The notes beneath the pieces were generated by a model that saw only the letters and a list, made by a program, of their open reading frames with translations, was not told where the DNA came from and ran no database searches. Below, one piece after another: positions 35,074-47,739 of a stretch of DNA of 64,000 nt (the first letter of the stretch is position 1; the number at the start of each line of letters is the position of its first letter). Source of the DNA: Mobula hypostoma. Its lineage: Eukaryota. The DNA is taken from assembly GCF_963921235.1 (NCBI RefSeq), contig NC_086108.1:10106001-10170000 (forward strand). The letters are read 5' to 3'. The translations under genes were made by a program, and so were the position numbers.

Positions 35074-37464
35074 AATCTACATGTAGACTGGGTGAACCAA
35101 ATTGGTAAAGGTGCTGAGGAAGAGGATTTCTTGGAATGTATGCGGGATGGTTTTTTGAACCAACATGTTGAGGAACCAACTAGAGAGCAGGCTATTCTGG
35201 ACTGGGTTTTGAGCAATGAGGAAGGGTTAATTAGCAATCTTGTCGTGAGAGGCCCCTTGGGTAAGAGTGACCATAATATGGTGGAATTCTTCATTGAGAT
35301 GGAGAGTGACATAGTTAATTCAGAAACAAAGGTTCTGAACTTAAAGAGGGGTAACTTTGAAGGTATGAGACGTGAATTAGCTAAGATAGACTGGCAAATG
35401 ACACTTAAAGGATTGACGGTGGATATGCAATGGCAAGCATTTAAAGGTTGCATGGATGAACTACAACAATTGTTCATCCCAGTTTGGCAAAAGAATAAAT
35501 CAAGGAAGGTAGTGCACCCGTGGCTGACAAGAGAAATTAGGGATAGTATCAATTCCAAAGAAGTAGCATACAAATTAGCCAGAGAAAGTGGCTCACCTGA
35601 GGACTGGGAGAAATTCAGAGTTCAGCAGAGGAGGACAAAGGGCTTAATTAGGAAGGGGAAAAAAGATTATGAGAGAAAACTGGCGGGGAACATAAAAACG
35701 GACTGTAAAAGCTTTTATAGATATGTAAAAAGGAAAAGACTGGTAAAGACAAATGTAGGTCCCCTGCAGACAGAAACAGGTGAATTGATTATGGGGAGCA
35801 AGGACATGGCAGACCAATTGAATAATTACTTTGGTTCTGTCTTCACTAAGGAGGACATAAATAATCTTCCAGAAATAGTAAGGGACAGAGGGTCCAGTGA
35901 GATGGAGGAACTGAGTGAAATACATGTTAGTAGGGAAGTGGTGTTAGGTAAATTGAAGGGATTGAAGGCAGATAAATCCCCAGGGCCAGATGGTATGCAT
36001 CCTAGAGTGCTTAAGGAAGTAGCCCAAGAAATAGTGGATGCATTAGTGTTAATTTTTCAAAACTCATTAGATTCTGGACTAGTTCCTGAGGATTGGAGGG
36101 TGGCTAATGTAACCCCACTTTTTAAAAAAGGAGGGAGAGAGAAACCGGGGAATTATAGACTGGTTAGCCTAACGTCAGTGGTGGGGAAACTGCTGGAGTC
36201 AGTTATCAAGGATGTGATAACAGCACATTTGGAAAGCGGTGAAATCATCGGACAAAGTCAGCATGGATTTGTGAAAGGAAAATCATGTCTGACGAATCTC
36301 ATAGAATTTTCTGAGGATGTAACTAGTAGAGTGGATAGGGGAGAACCAGTGGATGTGGTATATTTGGATTTTCAAAAGGCTTTTGACAAGGTCCCACACA
36401 GGAGATTAGTGTGCAAACTTAAAGCACACGGTATTGGGGGTAAGGTATTGGTGTGGGTGGAGAATTGGTTAGCAGACAGGAAGCAAAGAGTGGGAATAAA
36501 CGGGACCTTTTCAGAATGGCAGGCGGTGACTAGTGGGGTACCGCAAGGCTCAGTGCTGGGACCCCAGTTGTTTACAATATATATTAATGACTTGGATGAG
36601 GGAATTAAATGCAGTATCTCCAAGTTTGCGGATGACACGAAGCTGGGTGGCAGTGTTAGCAGTGAGGAGGATGCTAAGAGGATGCAGGGTGACTTGGATA
36701 GGTTGGGTGAGTGGGCAAACTCATGGCAGATGCAATTTAATGTGGATAAATGTGAAGTTATCCACTTTGGTGGCAAAAATAGGAAAACAGATTATTATCT
36801 GAATGGTGGCCGATTAGGAAAAGGGGAGGTGCAACGAGACCTGGGTGTCATTATACACCAGTCATTGAAAGTGGGCATGCAGGTACAGCAGGCGGTGAAA
36901 AAGGCGAATGGTATGCTGGCATTTATAGTGAGAGGATTCGAGTACAGGAGCAGGGAGGTACTACTGCAGTTGTACAAGGCCTTGGTGAGACCACACCTGG
37001 AGTATTGTGTGCAGTTTTGGTCCCCTAATCTGAGGAAAGACATCTTTGCCATAGAGGGAGTACAAAGAAGGTTCACCAGATTGATTCCTGGGATGGCAGG
37101 ACTTTCATATGAAGAAAAACTGGATGAACTGGGCTTGTACTCGTTGGAATTTAGAAGATTGAGGGGGGATCTGATTGAAACGTATGAGATCCTAAAGGGA
37201 TTGGACAGGCTTGATGCAGGAAGATTGATCCCGATGTTGGGGAAGTCCAGAACGAGGGGTCACAGTTTGAGGATAGAGGGGAAGCCTTTTAGGACCGAGA
37301 TTAGGAAAAACTTCTTCACGCAGAGAGTGGTGAATCTGTGGAATTCTCTGCCACAGCAAACTGTTGAGGCCAGTTCATTGGCTATGTTTAAGAGGGAGTT
37401 AGATATGGCCCTTGTGGCTACAGGGGTCAGGGGGTATGGAGGGAAGGCTGGGGCGGGGTTCTGA
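35074..37464 (+). CDS. CR1 ORF2 remnant: truncated APE endonuclease plus complete reverse transcriptase (no native start)
   Basis: SDHN, KSPGPDG, NYRLVSLTS, QHGFVKGKSC, YLDFQKAFD, GVPQGSVLGP, KFADD. The first ~91 codons of the 887-aa ORF call are flanking sequence. Confidence 0.85.
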   Translation, partial: NLHVDWVNQIGKGAEEEDFLECMRDGFLNQHVEEPTREQAILDWVLSNEEGLISNLVVRGPLGKSDHNMVEFFIEMESDIVNSETKVLNLKRGNFEGMRRELAKIDWQMTLKGLTVDMQWQAFKGCMDELQQLFIPVWQKNKSRKVVHPWLTREIRDSINSKEVAYKLARESGSPEDWEKFRVQQRRTKGLIRKGKKDYERKLAGNIKTDCKSFYRYVKRKRLVKTNVGPLQTETGELIMGSKDMADQLNNYFGSVFTKEDINNLPEIVRDRGSSEMEELSEIHVSREVVLGKLKGLKADKSPGPDGMHPRVLKEVAQEIVDALVLIFQNSLDSGLVPEDWRVANVTPLFKKGGREKPGNYRLVSLTSVVGKLLESVIKDVITAHLESGEIIGQSQHGFVKGKSCLTNLIEFSEDVTSRVDRGEPVDVVYLDFQKAFDKVPHRRLVCKLKAHGIGGKVLVWVENWLADRKQRVGINGTFSEWQAVTSGVPQGSVLGPQLFTIYINDLDEGIKCSISKFADDTKLGGSVSSEEDAKRMQGDLDRLGEWANSWQMQFNVDKCEVIHFGGKNRKTDYYLNGGRLGKGEVQRDLGVIIHQSLKVGMQVQQAVKKANGMLAFIVRGFEYRSREVLLQLYKALVRPHLEYCVQFWSPNLRKDIFAIEGVQRRFTRLIPGMAGLSYEEKLDELGLYSLEFRRLRGDLIETYEILKGLDRLDAGRLIPMLGKSRTRGHSLRIEGKPFRTEIRKNFFTQRVVNLWNSLPQQTVEASSLAMFKRELDMALVATGVRGYGGKAGAGF

Positions 37465-37555
37465 GTTGGATGATCAGCCATGATCATAATAAATGGTGGT
37501 GCAGGCTTGAAGGGCCGAATGGCCTACTCCTGCACCTATTTTCTATGTTTCTATG
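35074..37555 (+). mobile_element. Young 5'-truncated CR1/HER1-type LINE
   Basis: Uninterrupted ORF2 remnant to the stop at 37464 and a TTTCTATG tail. TATC is duplicated at 35070-35073 and 37556-37559. Inserted into a Rex-type 3' fragment. Confidence 0.97.
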
Positions 37556-37925
37556 TATCTTCAAGCAGCGATGCCTCAGAAAGGCACATCCATCATTAAG
37601 GACCCCCATCACCCAGGATGTGCCCTCTTCTCATTGCTACCATCAGGGAGGAGGTACAGGAGCCTGAAGGCACACACTTAATGATTCAGGAACAGCTTCT
37701 TCCTCTCTGCCCTCCAATTCTGAATGGGCATTGAACCCGTGAACACTACCTCCCTACTTTTTTTGTATTTCTATTTTTACACTATTTATAAATTTAGCTA
37801 TTTAATTTATACTTAGTGTAATTCATGTCTTTTTCTCTGTTATTGTGTATTGAAATGAACACCTGCCGCAAAATCAACACATTTCATGGCATTTGCCGGT
37901 GATATTAAACCGGATTCTGATTCTA
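37556..37925 (+). mobile_element. Rex1/Babar-type 3' fragment (host of the CR1; 5' part at about 35020-35073)
   Basis: GTNLRSIQDI before the LINE and FKQRCLRKA...LFSLLPSGRRYRSLK after it join into one element. Confidence 0.8.
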
Positions 37926-38267
37926 AGGGTTTCTTTATTGCCCCTAATATATTTGCCTCTACCACCATCCCAGCAGGATGCTCCATGCATTCACCACTCT
38001 CTGTGTGAAAAAACTTTTTTCTGATATCCTCCTATACTTTCCTCCAACCACCTTAAAATTATGCCCCCTGCATTAGCCATTTCTGCCCTGAGAAGAAAGT
38101 CTCCAGTTGTCTACTACCTTCATCCGGAGAAACACATCGAGCAGATCCATCCACCCAGAACACCTCCGAGTGGCCAATCAATTCCCACAAGTGAACGATC
38201 TTGATCTTTGAAGATGGCTTTGGATTGGATACATCAGACGGCCAGAAACGGACTAGAAGTAAAAAAC

Positions 38268-38618
38268 TGTGACACTCCGGGGGTGGTAATGGGGGTGGAG
38301 GTCATGGTTGTCTGCCCGCCCCTGCATTTCTAATGACCAACACTGTTCATTGTTCTTGTATGCTTTTGTGGGATTACGGTGGGAAGTTCCAGTTCATTTA
38401 CTGTTACATTTTAGCTTGGGTTATACAGTTATTCCCTTGTGTGTCTGTGGGTTACCCTGACTGTAACCAGGGTGCGTAATAATCACCTCCCCCGTCTGTA
38501 TGAGACAAGATGGGTTCTCTCCGCGGGCCATGGCGCTTGGTCTGTTTGGTGTTTATCACAATAAAATGGAGTTTAACGAGCTTCCTCGTCTGTAATTAAG
38601 GACCAAATTCTCACCACA
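38268..38618. mobile_element. Possible solo LTR
   Basis: TGTG...CACA termini and AATAAA near 38560. No TSD found. Confidence 0.3.
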
Positions 38619-39039
38619 TTATGTTATTACATGAAAGTCTACCTTAGAAACCAGGCCGAGATCACTTGCTGAATCTTCTTCTCTTTGTGATCCAATCTGA
38701 TGTGTAGATTTCACAATAGGGTGGGTGGACCTTCAGGCTGTGACTGATGAACAGCCACATCATATATTAATGTTCTGACTCTTTGAGCCAAACGAGATCG
38801 CAATGGGTTGTTCTGGAGGTTCTCTCTGGTTTAGGTCCAACAATATCTGGGATGTTTCCAGCATGGTGTGATCTTCTTTGATTCTATCTGTCCAGAAGAG
38901 GAATTGAAGTATATATGGCCATTTTACAAAAAATTTTTAAAAATCAAAAAGCAGAATGGGAAGCTCAGGGGCAAATCTGAACGGCAGGACCACCACTGTT
39001 CATGTACCCCAGGGGCCATCAGTGGAAGCTGGCTGAGGA

Positions 39040-42000
39040 GTGGGTGATGGTGTGAGATGTGGGTAAAAGTTAGGTACTGGGTGACTGATAGTGATGGAGG
39101 AGGGTGAGGAAGTGGAGAGGCAGAAAGGAACAGGAAGAGGGAGATGGGAAGGAGGAGGGAGGAAGAAGATAGAGGGATTAAGAGGGAAGAGATGGGAGAA
39201 GGAGGGTTGGAGAAGATGGCAGGAGGTGTGAAGGGGAAGGGGAGAAGGTAAGAGGGGAGGAGATTGAAGGAGGAGATGGGCGATGGAGCAAGGAGAAGGG
39301 AATGGAGGACGGAGGAGATGGGGATGGAGGTGGGAGATGACGTATGGAAGGGGAGGAGATGAGGATTGAAGAGGGAAGAGATGAAGGATGAAGGATTCAG
39401 GAGGGAGGAGATGAGGTTGGAGGAGGGAGGAAATTGGGATAGAGGTGGGAGGAAATGAGGGTGGGGAAGGACAAGATGAGGGATGGGGAAGGAGGAGATG
39501 AAGGAAGGAGATAGAGATTGAGGAGGGAGGAGATGGTAAATGGAGGAGGAGAAAATGAGGGACTAATAGGGGAGGAGATGGGGTTGGAAGGAAAAGCTAG
39601 CAATGGAGAAGGGGAGAGATGATGGATGGAGGCAGGAAAGAGGGGATGGATGGAGAAGATGAGGGATGAAGGATGGAGGAGGTAGATGAGGGATGTTTGA
39701 GGGAGGAAATGAGTGATGGAGGAGGGAGATGATGGATGGACGAGGTTGGAAGTGGAGGGTGGCGGGGAAGGAGATGAGGGATGCAGTAGACAGAAGTGGG
39801 AAGATGGAGGGAGAAGATAAGGATTGATGAGTGAGGAGATGGGGATGGTGAAGGGTCAAGATGATTGAGGAGTAAGGAGATGGGGATGGAGGAGTGAAGA
39901 TGAAGGATGGAAGAGGGAGGAGATGAGGGATGGAGGAGGGAGAAGATTGGGATGGAGGTGGTAGGAGATGGGGATTAGGAGTGAGGAGATGGGGATGGAG
40001 GAGGGAGAAGGGGATGGAGTGGGGAGGATATATGTATAGAGGAGGGAGTCAATGAGGAATGGTGGAGGGAAGAGATGAGGGTAGGGTAGGGTTGAGATGA
40101 GGGATTGAGACTGGAGCAGATGAGGAATGGAAAGGAAGAAAGTGAGGGGTGGAGGAGATGGGAATTGAGGAGGGAGGATATGGGGATGGAGGAGGAAGGA
40201 AGTGAGGGGCAGAGGAATGTGGAGATGGGAACTGAAGAGGGAAAATATGGGGGTTGGACAAGGGAGGTGGTGAGCATTGGAGGAGGGAAGAGATGAGAAC
40301 AGAGCAGAGTTGAGAGGAGGGATTGATGTTAGAGGAGATGAGGGATGGAGGAGAGAGGAGATGGGGATGGAGGAGGTAGATGGTGATGGAGGAGTGATAA
40401 GATGAAGAATAGAAGAGGGAGGCGATGGGGCTGGAGGAGGGTGGAGATGAGAATTGAGCAGGAAAGAGATGGGGATAGAGGGTGAGGATATGAGGGATGG
40501 AGGAGGGCGAAGATGTGGATGGTGAAAGGATTAGCTGAGGATTAGGCAAAGAGGAGATGGGGATGGAGGAGGGAGGAGGTGAGGATGGAGAGGAGGAGAT
40601 CAGAGATAGAGGAGGAATAAGATGCGGATGGTGAAAGGATAAGATGATTCAGGAGGGAGGAGATGGGGATTGAGGAGGTGAGTTGGAGGAGGGTGAAGCT
40701 GAGGATGGAGGAGTGAAGGGATGGAGTTTGAGGATAGGGGAGATGGTGGATCATGGAAAGAGGATTTGAGGGATGGTGGAGGAAGGAGATGTAGGATGAA
40801 CTAAGGAGGAGATGGAGGTACGATGAGATGAGGTTGAAAAAGAGAGGAGGTGAGAGTAGAGGTGGGAAGAGATGTGGGTGGAGTATGGTGGAAATGAGGG
40901 ATTGAGGCATGAGGAGATGAGTGATGGAGGAAAGACAGATGAGACAGGGAGGAGGGAGGTGATGGGGATTGAGCAGGGAGGATATAAGGATGGAGAAGGG
41001 TGGAGATGGGGATCGAGGAGGGAGAAGATGGGGGATTAGATTAGGTTAGATTATGAGGACACACAGTCCTCTTTTATTGTCATTTAGTAACACATGCATT
41101 AAGAAATGATACAATTTGTTCTTCCAGAATGATATTACAGAAACACAAGACAAACCAAGACTAAAAAAATCTGACAAAAACCACATAATTATAGCATATA
41201 GTTACAACAATGCAAAGCAATACCGTAATTTGATGAAGAACAGACCATTGGCATGGTAAAAAAAAGTCTCAAAGTCTCTCGAAAGTCCCATCATCTCACG
41301 CAGATGGTAGAAGGAAGAAAACTCTCCCTGCCATGAGCTTCCAGCGCCGTAAACTTGCCGATGCAGCACCCTGGAAGCACCCGACCACAGTCCGACTCTG
41401 AGTCTGTCCGAAAACTTCGAACCTCCGACACCAAGCACCGAGCACCATCTCTGCAGAGCGCTTCGACCCCGGCCCTGGCAACAGGCAATAGGCAAAGCCA
41501 AGGATTTGGGGCCTTCCCCTCCGGTGATTCTCGATCGCACAGTAGCAGCGGCAGCGAAGCGGGCATTTCAGAAGTTTCTCCATATATTCTTCCGTGCTTC
41601 TCACATCTGTCTCCATCAAATCAGGATTGTGCATGGCCCCTATTTAACAAATATGATATCAATTCGGAGTGGCTGCATGCGCTGCGTCGCGCCGCCATCT
41701 TCTCCTCCCCTCCTAATGGATCGAGGAGGGAGAAGATGGGGATGAAGCAGTGTTGACCGAGGGATAGAGGAGAGTGGAGATCAGGAGTGGAGGATAGAGG
41801 AGGATGGGGGAGTTGAGGGTGGAGGAGAGAGGAGATGGAGATGGAGGAGGGAGGAGGGAGGAGATGTGGATGGATGAGTGAAGAGATCGAGATGGAAGAG
41901 GGAGGAGGGAGGAGATATGGATGGACGAGTGAAGAGATCGGGATGGACGAGGGAGGAGGTGATGGCGTAGGGGAGAAATGAGGATGGAGGAGAGAGGAGA

Positions 42001-45000
42001 TGGAGATGGAGGCGGGAGAAGATGGGGATGGAGGGAGAGCAGATGAGGGATGGAGGAAGAATATGGGAGATGGTGGGGGTAAGAGATGGGGATTGAGAAG
42101 GGAGGAGATAGGAGATGGAGGAGGAAGTAGATGGAGAATGGAGGAGGTGGAGCTGAGGGGTTGGAGGAGGGAGGAGATGAGGATTCAGGAGGGAAGTAAT
42201 GGGGTTTGAGAAGGTAAGAGATGAGGGAGCAGATGGGGAATGGAGGAGGGAGGAGATGGGGATGGAGGAGGTACATGAGGAATGCGGAGGAAGTACATGA
42301 GGAATGCAGAGGAGGGAAGAGATGGGGTGGGGGGAGGAGATGGGGCTGGAGGAGTGAGATGAGCGATGGAGATGGAAGGAGTTGAGGGTTAAGGAGGGGG
42401 TGATGAAGATTGAGAAAGGAGGAGAGGTGGGATGATAGATTGAGGAAGGAAAAGATTATGGTGGAGGGGGGAGGAGTGGGGATGCTGGAGGGAAGAGATA
42501 AGGGATGAAGGAGGGAGAATTTGAGGGCTGTAGGAGGGAGAAGATGGGAATGGAGGTGGGGGAGATGAGGGTTGGTGGAAAGAGGAGATTATGCTGGAGG
42601 AGGGAGGAGATTAGGGATAGGCTTGAGAGGAAATGAGTGAGGATGATCGAAGAGCTGAGATCTGTAAGAAAGGAGTGAGGCTGGAGGAAGGAAGAGGTGG
42701 GGCTGCAAGAGCGAGTAGATGATAGATGGAGATGATGAGAATTGAGGGAGCAGATGAGAATGGGGTGAGAAGAGTTGGGGATGGAGGTGAGACGAGATGA
42801 GTGATGGAGGATGGAGAAGATGGGTGATGGTATAGGGAGGCAATGAGGATTGTGGAGATGGGAGTTGGTGGAGGGGTGAGATGAGGATTGAGGGGTGGAG
42901 ATGAGGGATGGAGGATGGAGAAGGTGAGAGATGGACAAGGGACGAGTTGGGGATGGGAAGGAGAAGGTGAGGGTTGGAGGGGTTGGGGGATGATGGAGGG
43001 AGAAGGATTGGGAATCCAAGAGGGAGAAGATGAGGGATGGTTTTGGAGGAAGGAGACCGGGATGGAGGAGGGTGAGGATAAGGCAAAGAGGGAGGAGATG
43101 AGGAATGGAGGAGGTAGGAGATGAAGAATGGATGATAGGAACTGAGGAGAGACAAGATGGGGGAATGAGATGGGACAACTTAAGGATGGAGAAGGGAGGA
43201 GATGAGGGATTGAGCAGGGGCTAAATATGGGATGACAGAGGGAGGAGATGAGGATTAATTAGTGAGGAGGTGAGAGATGGAGGAGGGAGGAGATAGGGAT
43301 TGGAGGAGGAGGAAATGGGGATGGAGCAGGGAATTCATGTGTATGGAGGAGTGAGGAGAAGAGGGGTGAAGGTTGAAGGCAATGAGGGTGAAAGAGGGAG
43401 GAGATGAGGGTAGTGGAGGGAAGAGATGGGGATGGAGTAGGGTGGAGGAGGAATTGAGGCTGGAGGAGATGAGGGATGGAGGAGAGAGAGGATATAGAGT
43501 CAGAGGAAAGAGAGAATATGGGGATGGAGGAGGGAGGAGATATGGAATGGTGGGGGGAGGAGATAAGGATTGAGGAGGAAGGAGATGAGATTGAGGAATG
43601 AGGAGATGCAGGATGGAGGAGGGAGGAGATGGAATTGAGTAGGGGTAAAATGGGGATGGAGGGAGAGGAGATGAGGGGTGGAGCTGGGAGAAGATTGGGT
43701 TGGTGAAGGTAGGAGATGGGGATTGTGGAATGATGTGATAGGGAATGGTGGAGGGATGAGATGAGTTTTGAGAAGGGAGGAGATGGTGATTGTGTACGGA
43801 GAAGATGATGGATGGAGGTGAGGGATGGAGGATGGAGGAGATGAGGATGGAGGAAGGAAGGGATGGGATTTGATGAGGTTGGAGATGAGGGATTGAGGAG
43901 AATGCAGATGGGGATGGAGGAGGGAGGAGATGGGGAATTGAGGTGGGAGATGAGGAATGGAGGGGGAGCAGATGGGAGATGGTGGATGAAGGAGATGGAG
44001 TTGGAGGAGGGAGGAAATGAGAGAATGGAGTGATGAGATAAGGGTGGAGGGAGGAGATGGGGAAGGAGGAGCAAGGAAATGAAAGATGGAGAAGGGAGGA
44101 GATGAAGAATAGAGGTGGGAGGAGTTGAGGTTTGAGGAAGGAGGAGATGAGGGTGGAGAAGGAAAGAGGGGTGGGGTAGGGAGGAAAAGAAGGATTGAGG
44201 CAGAGGAAATGAGGAATGGAGGAAGGAGAGGATGGGGTGGAGGAGGAAGATGGGTGATGTAGGAGGGAGTAGATGGGGATAGAGGAGGAAGATGGGGGAA
44301 TGTAGGTAGGAGGCGATGAGGATAGAGGAGTGTGGAGATAAGGGTGGTGGAGGGAGAAGTTGGGTTTGGAGGATGGAAAAGATAATGATTGAGGGAGGAG
44401 AGGAGGGATGGAGGAGGTAGGAGATGAAGAATGGAGGAGTGAGGTGATAGGAACTGAGGAGAGATGAGATGGGAGGACATGGGGATGGAGGGAGAAGAGA
44501 TGAGGGATGGAGATAGCAGATTAGGGATAGTGGTTGGAAGAGATAAATATTGAGGGGGTAGGAGATGGGGATGGAGGTGGGAGGATAGAGAAGAAGGGGA
44601 CAGTGGAGGGAGGTAATGAGGATTGAGGACGGAGGAGATGGGGATTGAAGAGTTGGAGATGAAGGATGGAGGAGGGAGGTGAGGGATGAAGGAGGAAGGA
44701 CATGAGGGATGGAGGAGGGAGGAGATGAGAATTAAGGAGGGAGGGGATGGGGTTTGTGAAGGGAGGAGGTTTGGGGGGTCATGGAGGGAGGAGATGATAG
44801 ATGGTCAAGGAGAGGGAAATGAAAATAGGGGAGGAGGGAATGAGGGATGGAGGAGGGATGAGATGTGGTATGGAGGAAGGAGGAGGTTTGGGGTCAAGGA
44901 GGGATAGAGAAGAGGAGAGGGAGGGAAAGGGATGGAAGAGGGAGGATATTGGGATAGAGGAGGGAAGAAATGAGAATGGAGGGATTATATGAGGGATGGA

Positions 45001-45280
45001 GGAGAAAGGAGATGATGGATGGGGAGGGAGATGAGGGATGGAGGAGGGAGGAGATGAGAATGGAGAGGGAAGGAGATTTGGGATGTGGGAGGGAGGATAT
45101 GAAGGATGGAGGAGAAAGGAGATGATGGATGGAGGAGGGAGATGAGAGATGTAGGAGTGAGCAGATGTGGGATGGAGAAAGGAGGAGATGAGGGTGGAGA
45201 AGTAAAGAGACGCGGAATGGAGGAGGGAGGAGCTGAAGGGTCGGGGAGGGAGGAGATGTGAATGGAGGGAGGAGTTGATG
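39040..45280 (+). repeat. 6.2-kb degenerate G/A-rich tandem tract (~19-22-bp motif GGAGGGAGGAGATG(A/G)GGAT)
   Basis: The top strand has very few C, and the GGAGATG/GGATGGAGG motif recurs throughout. Interrupted at 41034-41717. Confidence 0.95.
41034..41713 (-). mobile_element. Apparently full-length ~680-bp non-coding retroelement with 24-bp TSD
   Basis: GGATCGAGGAGGGAGAAGATGGGG at 41010-41033 and 41718-41741. Minus-strand 5' GGAGGAGAAGATGGCGGCG, then AATAAA and a (CTAAT)n tail. Confidence 0.85.
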
Positions 45281-46689
45281 GATGGAATTAGGCCATTTTG
45301 CCCATCATGTCTGCACCGCCATTTCATCGTGGCTGATCCATTTCCCTCTCAGCCCCAATCTCCTGCCTTCTCCCCATATCCCTTCATGCCCTGACTAGTG
45401 AAGAATCTTTCAGTCTCTGCCTTAAACATACCCATTGGCTTGGTCTCCACAGCCACCTGCGTCAATGAATTCACTGGCATATATTTTATATATACGTTAC
45501 ATTTAATATGTTTTGCAAAAAGAATCAAAAAAGTAGAGAGGTAGTTTTCATGGGTTCAATATGCATTCAAGATCAGATGGCAGAGGGGAAGAGGCTGTTC
45601 CTGAGTCACTAAGTGTGTGTTTTCATGCTCCTGTACCTCGCCCCTGTTGGTAGCAATGAGAACAAGGCACGAACTGGGTGATGGGGGTCCTTAATGATGA
45701 ACGCTGCCTTTTTAAGTTTTCGCTCCTTGAAGATGTCCATGCTACTGAGAAGGTGAGTGCCCATGTTGGAGCTGGCTGAGTTTACAACTTTCTATCCCTA
45801 TTTGTGATCCTGCGCAGTGGTCTCCTCACCATACCAGACATCTGAAAGCTTTGAAATCTGATCAGTTTTGGAGATAAATCTGTCTGATTTCAACTTGATT
45901 CATCCAGGATTGATGACAGGATTGTTGCAGGGAGAGGCTATTCCTTAGCACAACACGAAGCAGGTTAAATTCCTGCCACTGCCTGTAAGGAATTCGTGTG
46001 TGAGTTTCCTCTGGGAGCTGCAGTTTCCTGCCACAGTCCAAAGGCCTACTGTTGGTAGGTTAATTGGTCATTGTAAACTGTCCCATGATTAGGCTAGGAT
46101 TAAATTGGGGGTTTGGCTCAAAGGGCCAGGAGGTCCCATTCCGCACTGTATCTCCATGAATAAATAACAAATAAACAAGTTCACCTGCACAACATTTTAG
46201 GCCAGATGGCCTGCCCAGTGTTGTACTGTTCTATGTATGTCCATTTACAGGATACTTTTATGTCAGAACATTTTGTTAATGCCAACTTCGCATTATAGAA
46301 TTATACAGGACGGAAGTAATCCCCTCGCATCAACTGGACCATGCCGACCAAGGTTCCGAGCTAAGTCAGATTTTGACCTAAGGTGGTCCCATTTGCCTGC
46401 ATATGGACCCTATCCATATCCAAGCAGGTGAAGGTGGTGCCAAGCTGTGGCTTCTGTTGAGGTTGCTGAGCTGTGTTCTGTTGAGAATGTAGCTCAGACT
46501 TCATTGCTTTTTTTTACAGTTGGTTCCCTAAGGTTGTTACAGCCGGTGGTGGAAGGGTGTGTGCGTGCGGTAATCTAGATAAGCTCCCACTACTTATTAA
46601 ATGGCATGTACCTCAAATAGCCTCTGGCAACCAAGTCCAGCTCCTGGCCTTAACGTGTGGCTAGCTACTAAGTCTGGTGGAACAGTTTC

Positions 46690-47485
46690 ATTGCATCTAC
46701 TTTAAAACACTGATTCAGCAGAGCAAAACCAGTCCACAAAATGGAGGATACAGAGCAACTTCACAAAATGGCAGCCTCTATTCCTTTGACCTCATGGGAA
46801 AAATAAAGACAATTGGTCTGTCTACATCCACCATCCTTGATTCATTCAAATTCACTAGCTGGTACACTGTAGTTCTTTCCAGTCAACACCAGACTCAAAG
46901 TATGGTTCAACACTGTGGATGATGTATCAGCTACATTAGTAAATTCCATCTCCTTAATGTTGCTTATTATCGGTGGTGGTAGTGGAGATAACCTCCCATT
47001 ATCTATTAAATGGTCCAATGATGTGTGCCTCAAATCGCCCCTGACTACCAAGTCCAGCTCCTGGCCTTCATGTGTGGCTTAGCTCCTATAAGCCCAGTGA
47101 GACTGTTTCTACTGACAGAAGGGGCAAAGGTGGGTTATTGGTGCCTTAAAACCAGTCACTTTGGGCAGAGGGAGCTCTTTAGCCACAGCTGGCAGCTCAT
47201 CGAGGAGAAGGAAAACTCTGATCTCAAGCCTCCATTGCCTTGTGTTTATACCCACTCACAGGGAAGCTTCGGAAGTGAATCCCAAGGGAACAATCCAGAG
47301 CTGGAGTCTCGAAGGCAGTCCAATGTTGAGTTCAATGCTGACTGGAAACTCCTGCAACACTGCTGGTGTCAAACTATACTGGTCTTTGCTGTTCCTTCAG
47401 ATGCATGGAGAAGGGGAGCTTGCTACATGGGCAACAGCTTGCTGTCCATATTGTACTGCCCTGGCTTTGCATATCTAGTCAGCTA
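46690..47485 (+). mobile_element. Bipartite RTE-related non-autonomous element
   Basis: The whole unit recurs inverted at about 57275-58410. Partial copies at about 46565-46690 and 24345-24810. Confidence 0.7.
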
Positions 47486-47739
47486 GGTCCATGGTTGGTT
47501 TTGCAGGTCAGAGAGAGGACTTTTCCAGTGAGATGGTAGCAAAACCATCATAGTAGCGTCCCTGTGACCAAAAAGGGTGTAATTGTTCATCCTTTATATC
47601 TTTGTTATGATTGCTGGATATTAAGAACAGCAAGTCCTGCTGGTAAACCCCATCAGCGGGTTGCTCGATAGCAAATGGATTTGTTGCATCCTGTTGTCAT
47701 GCAGAGGTGGTGGGCGGGCCAACAAATGACTTTCTTGAA

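Noticed and set aside
39397..45327. Many P/S/H/I-rich minus-strand ORFs and G/E/R-rich plus-strand ORFs
   Set aside because: Translations of a low-complexity purine/pyrimidine tract.
46990..47120. HDV-like ribozyme in the RTE-related element
   Set aside because: I could not assemble a convincing P1/P2/P3/P1.1 nested pseudoknot by eye. It needs a descriptor search.
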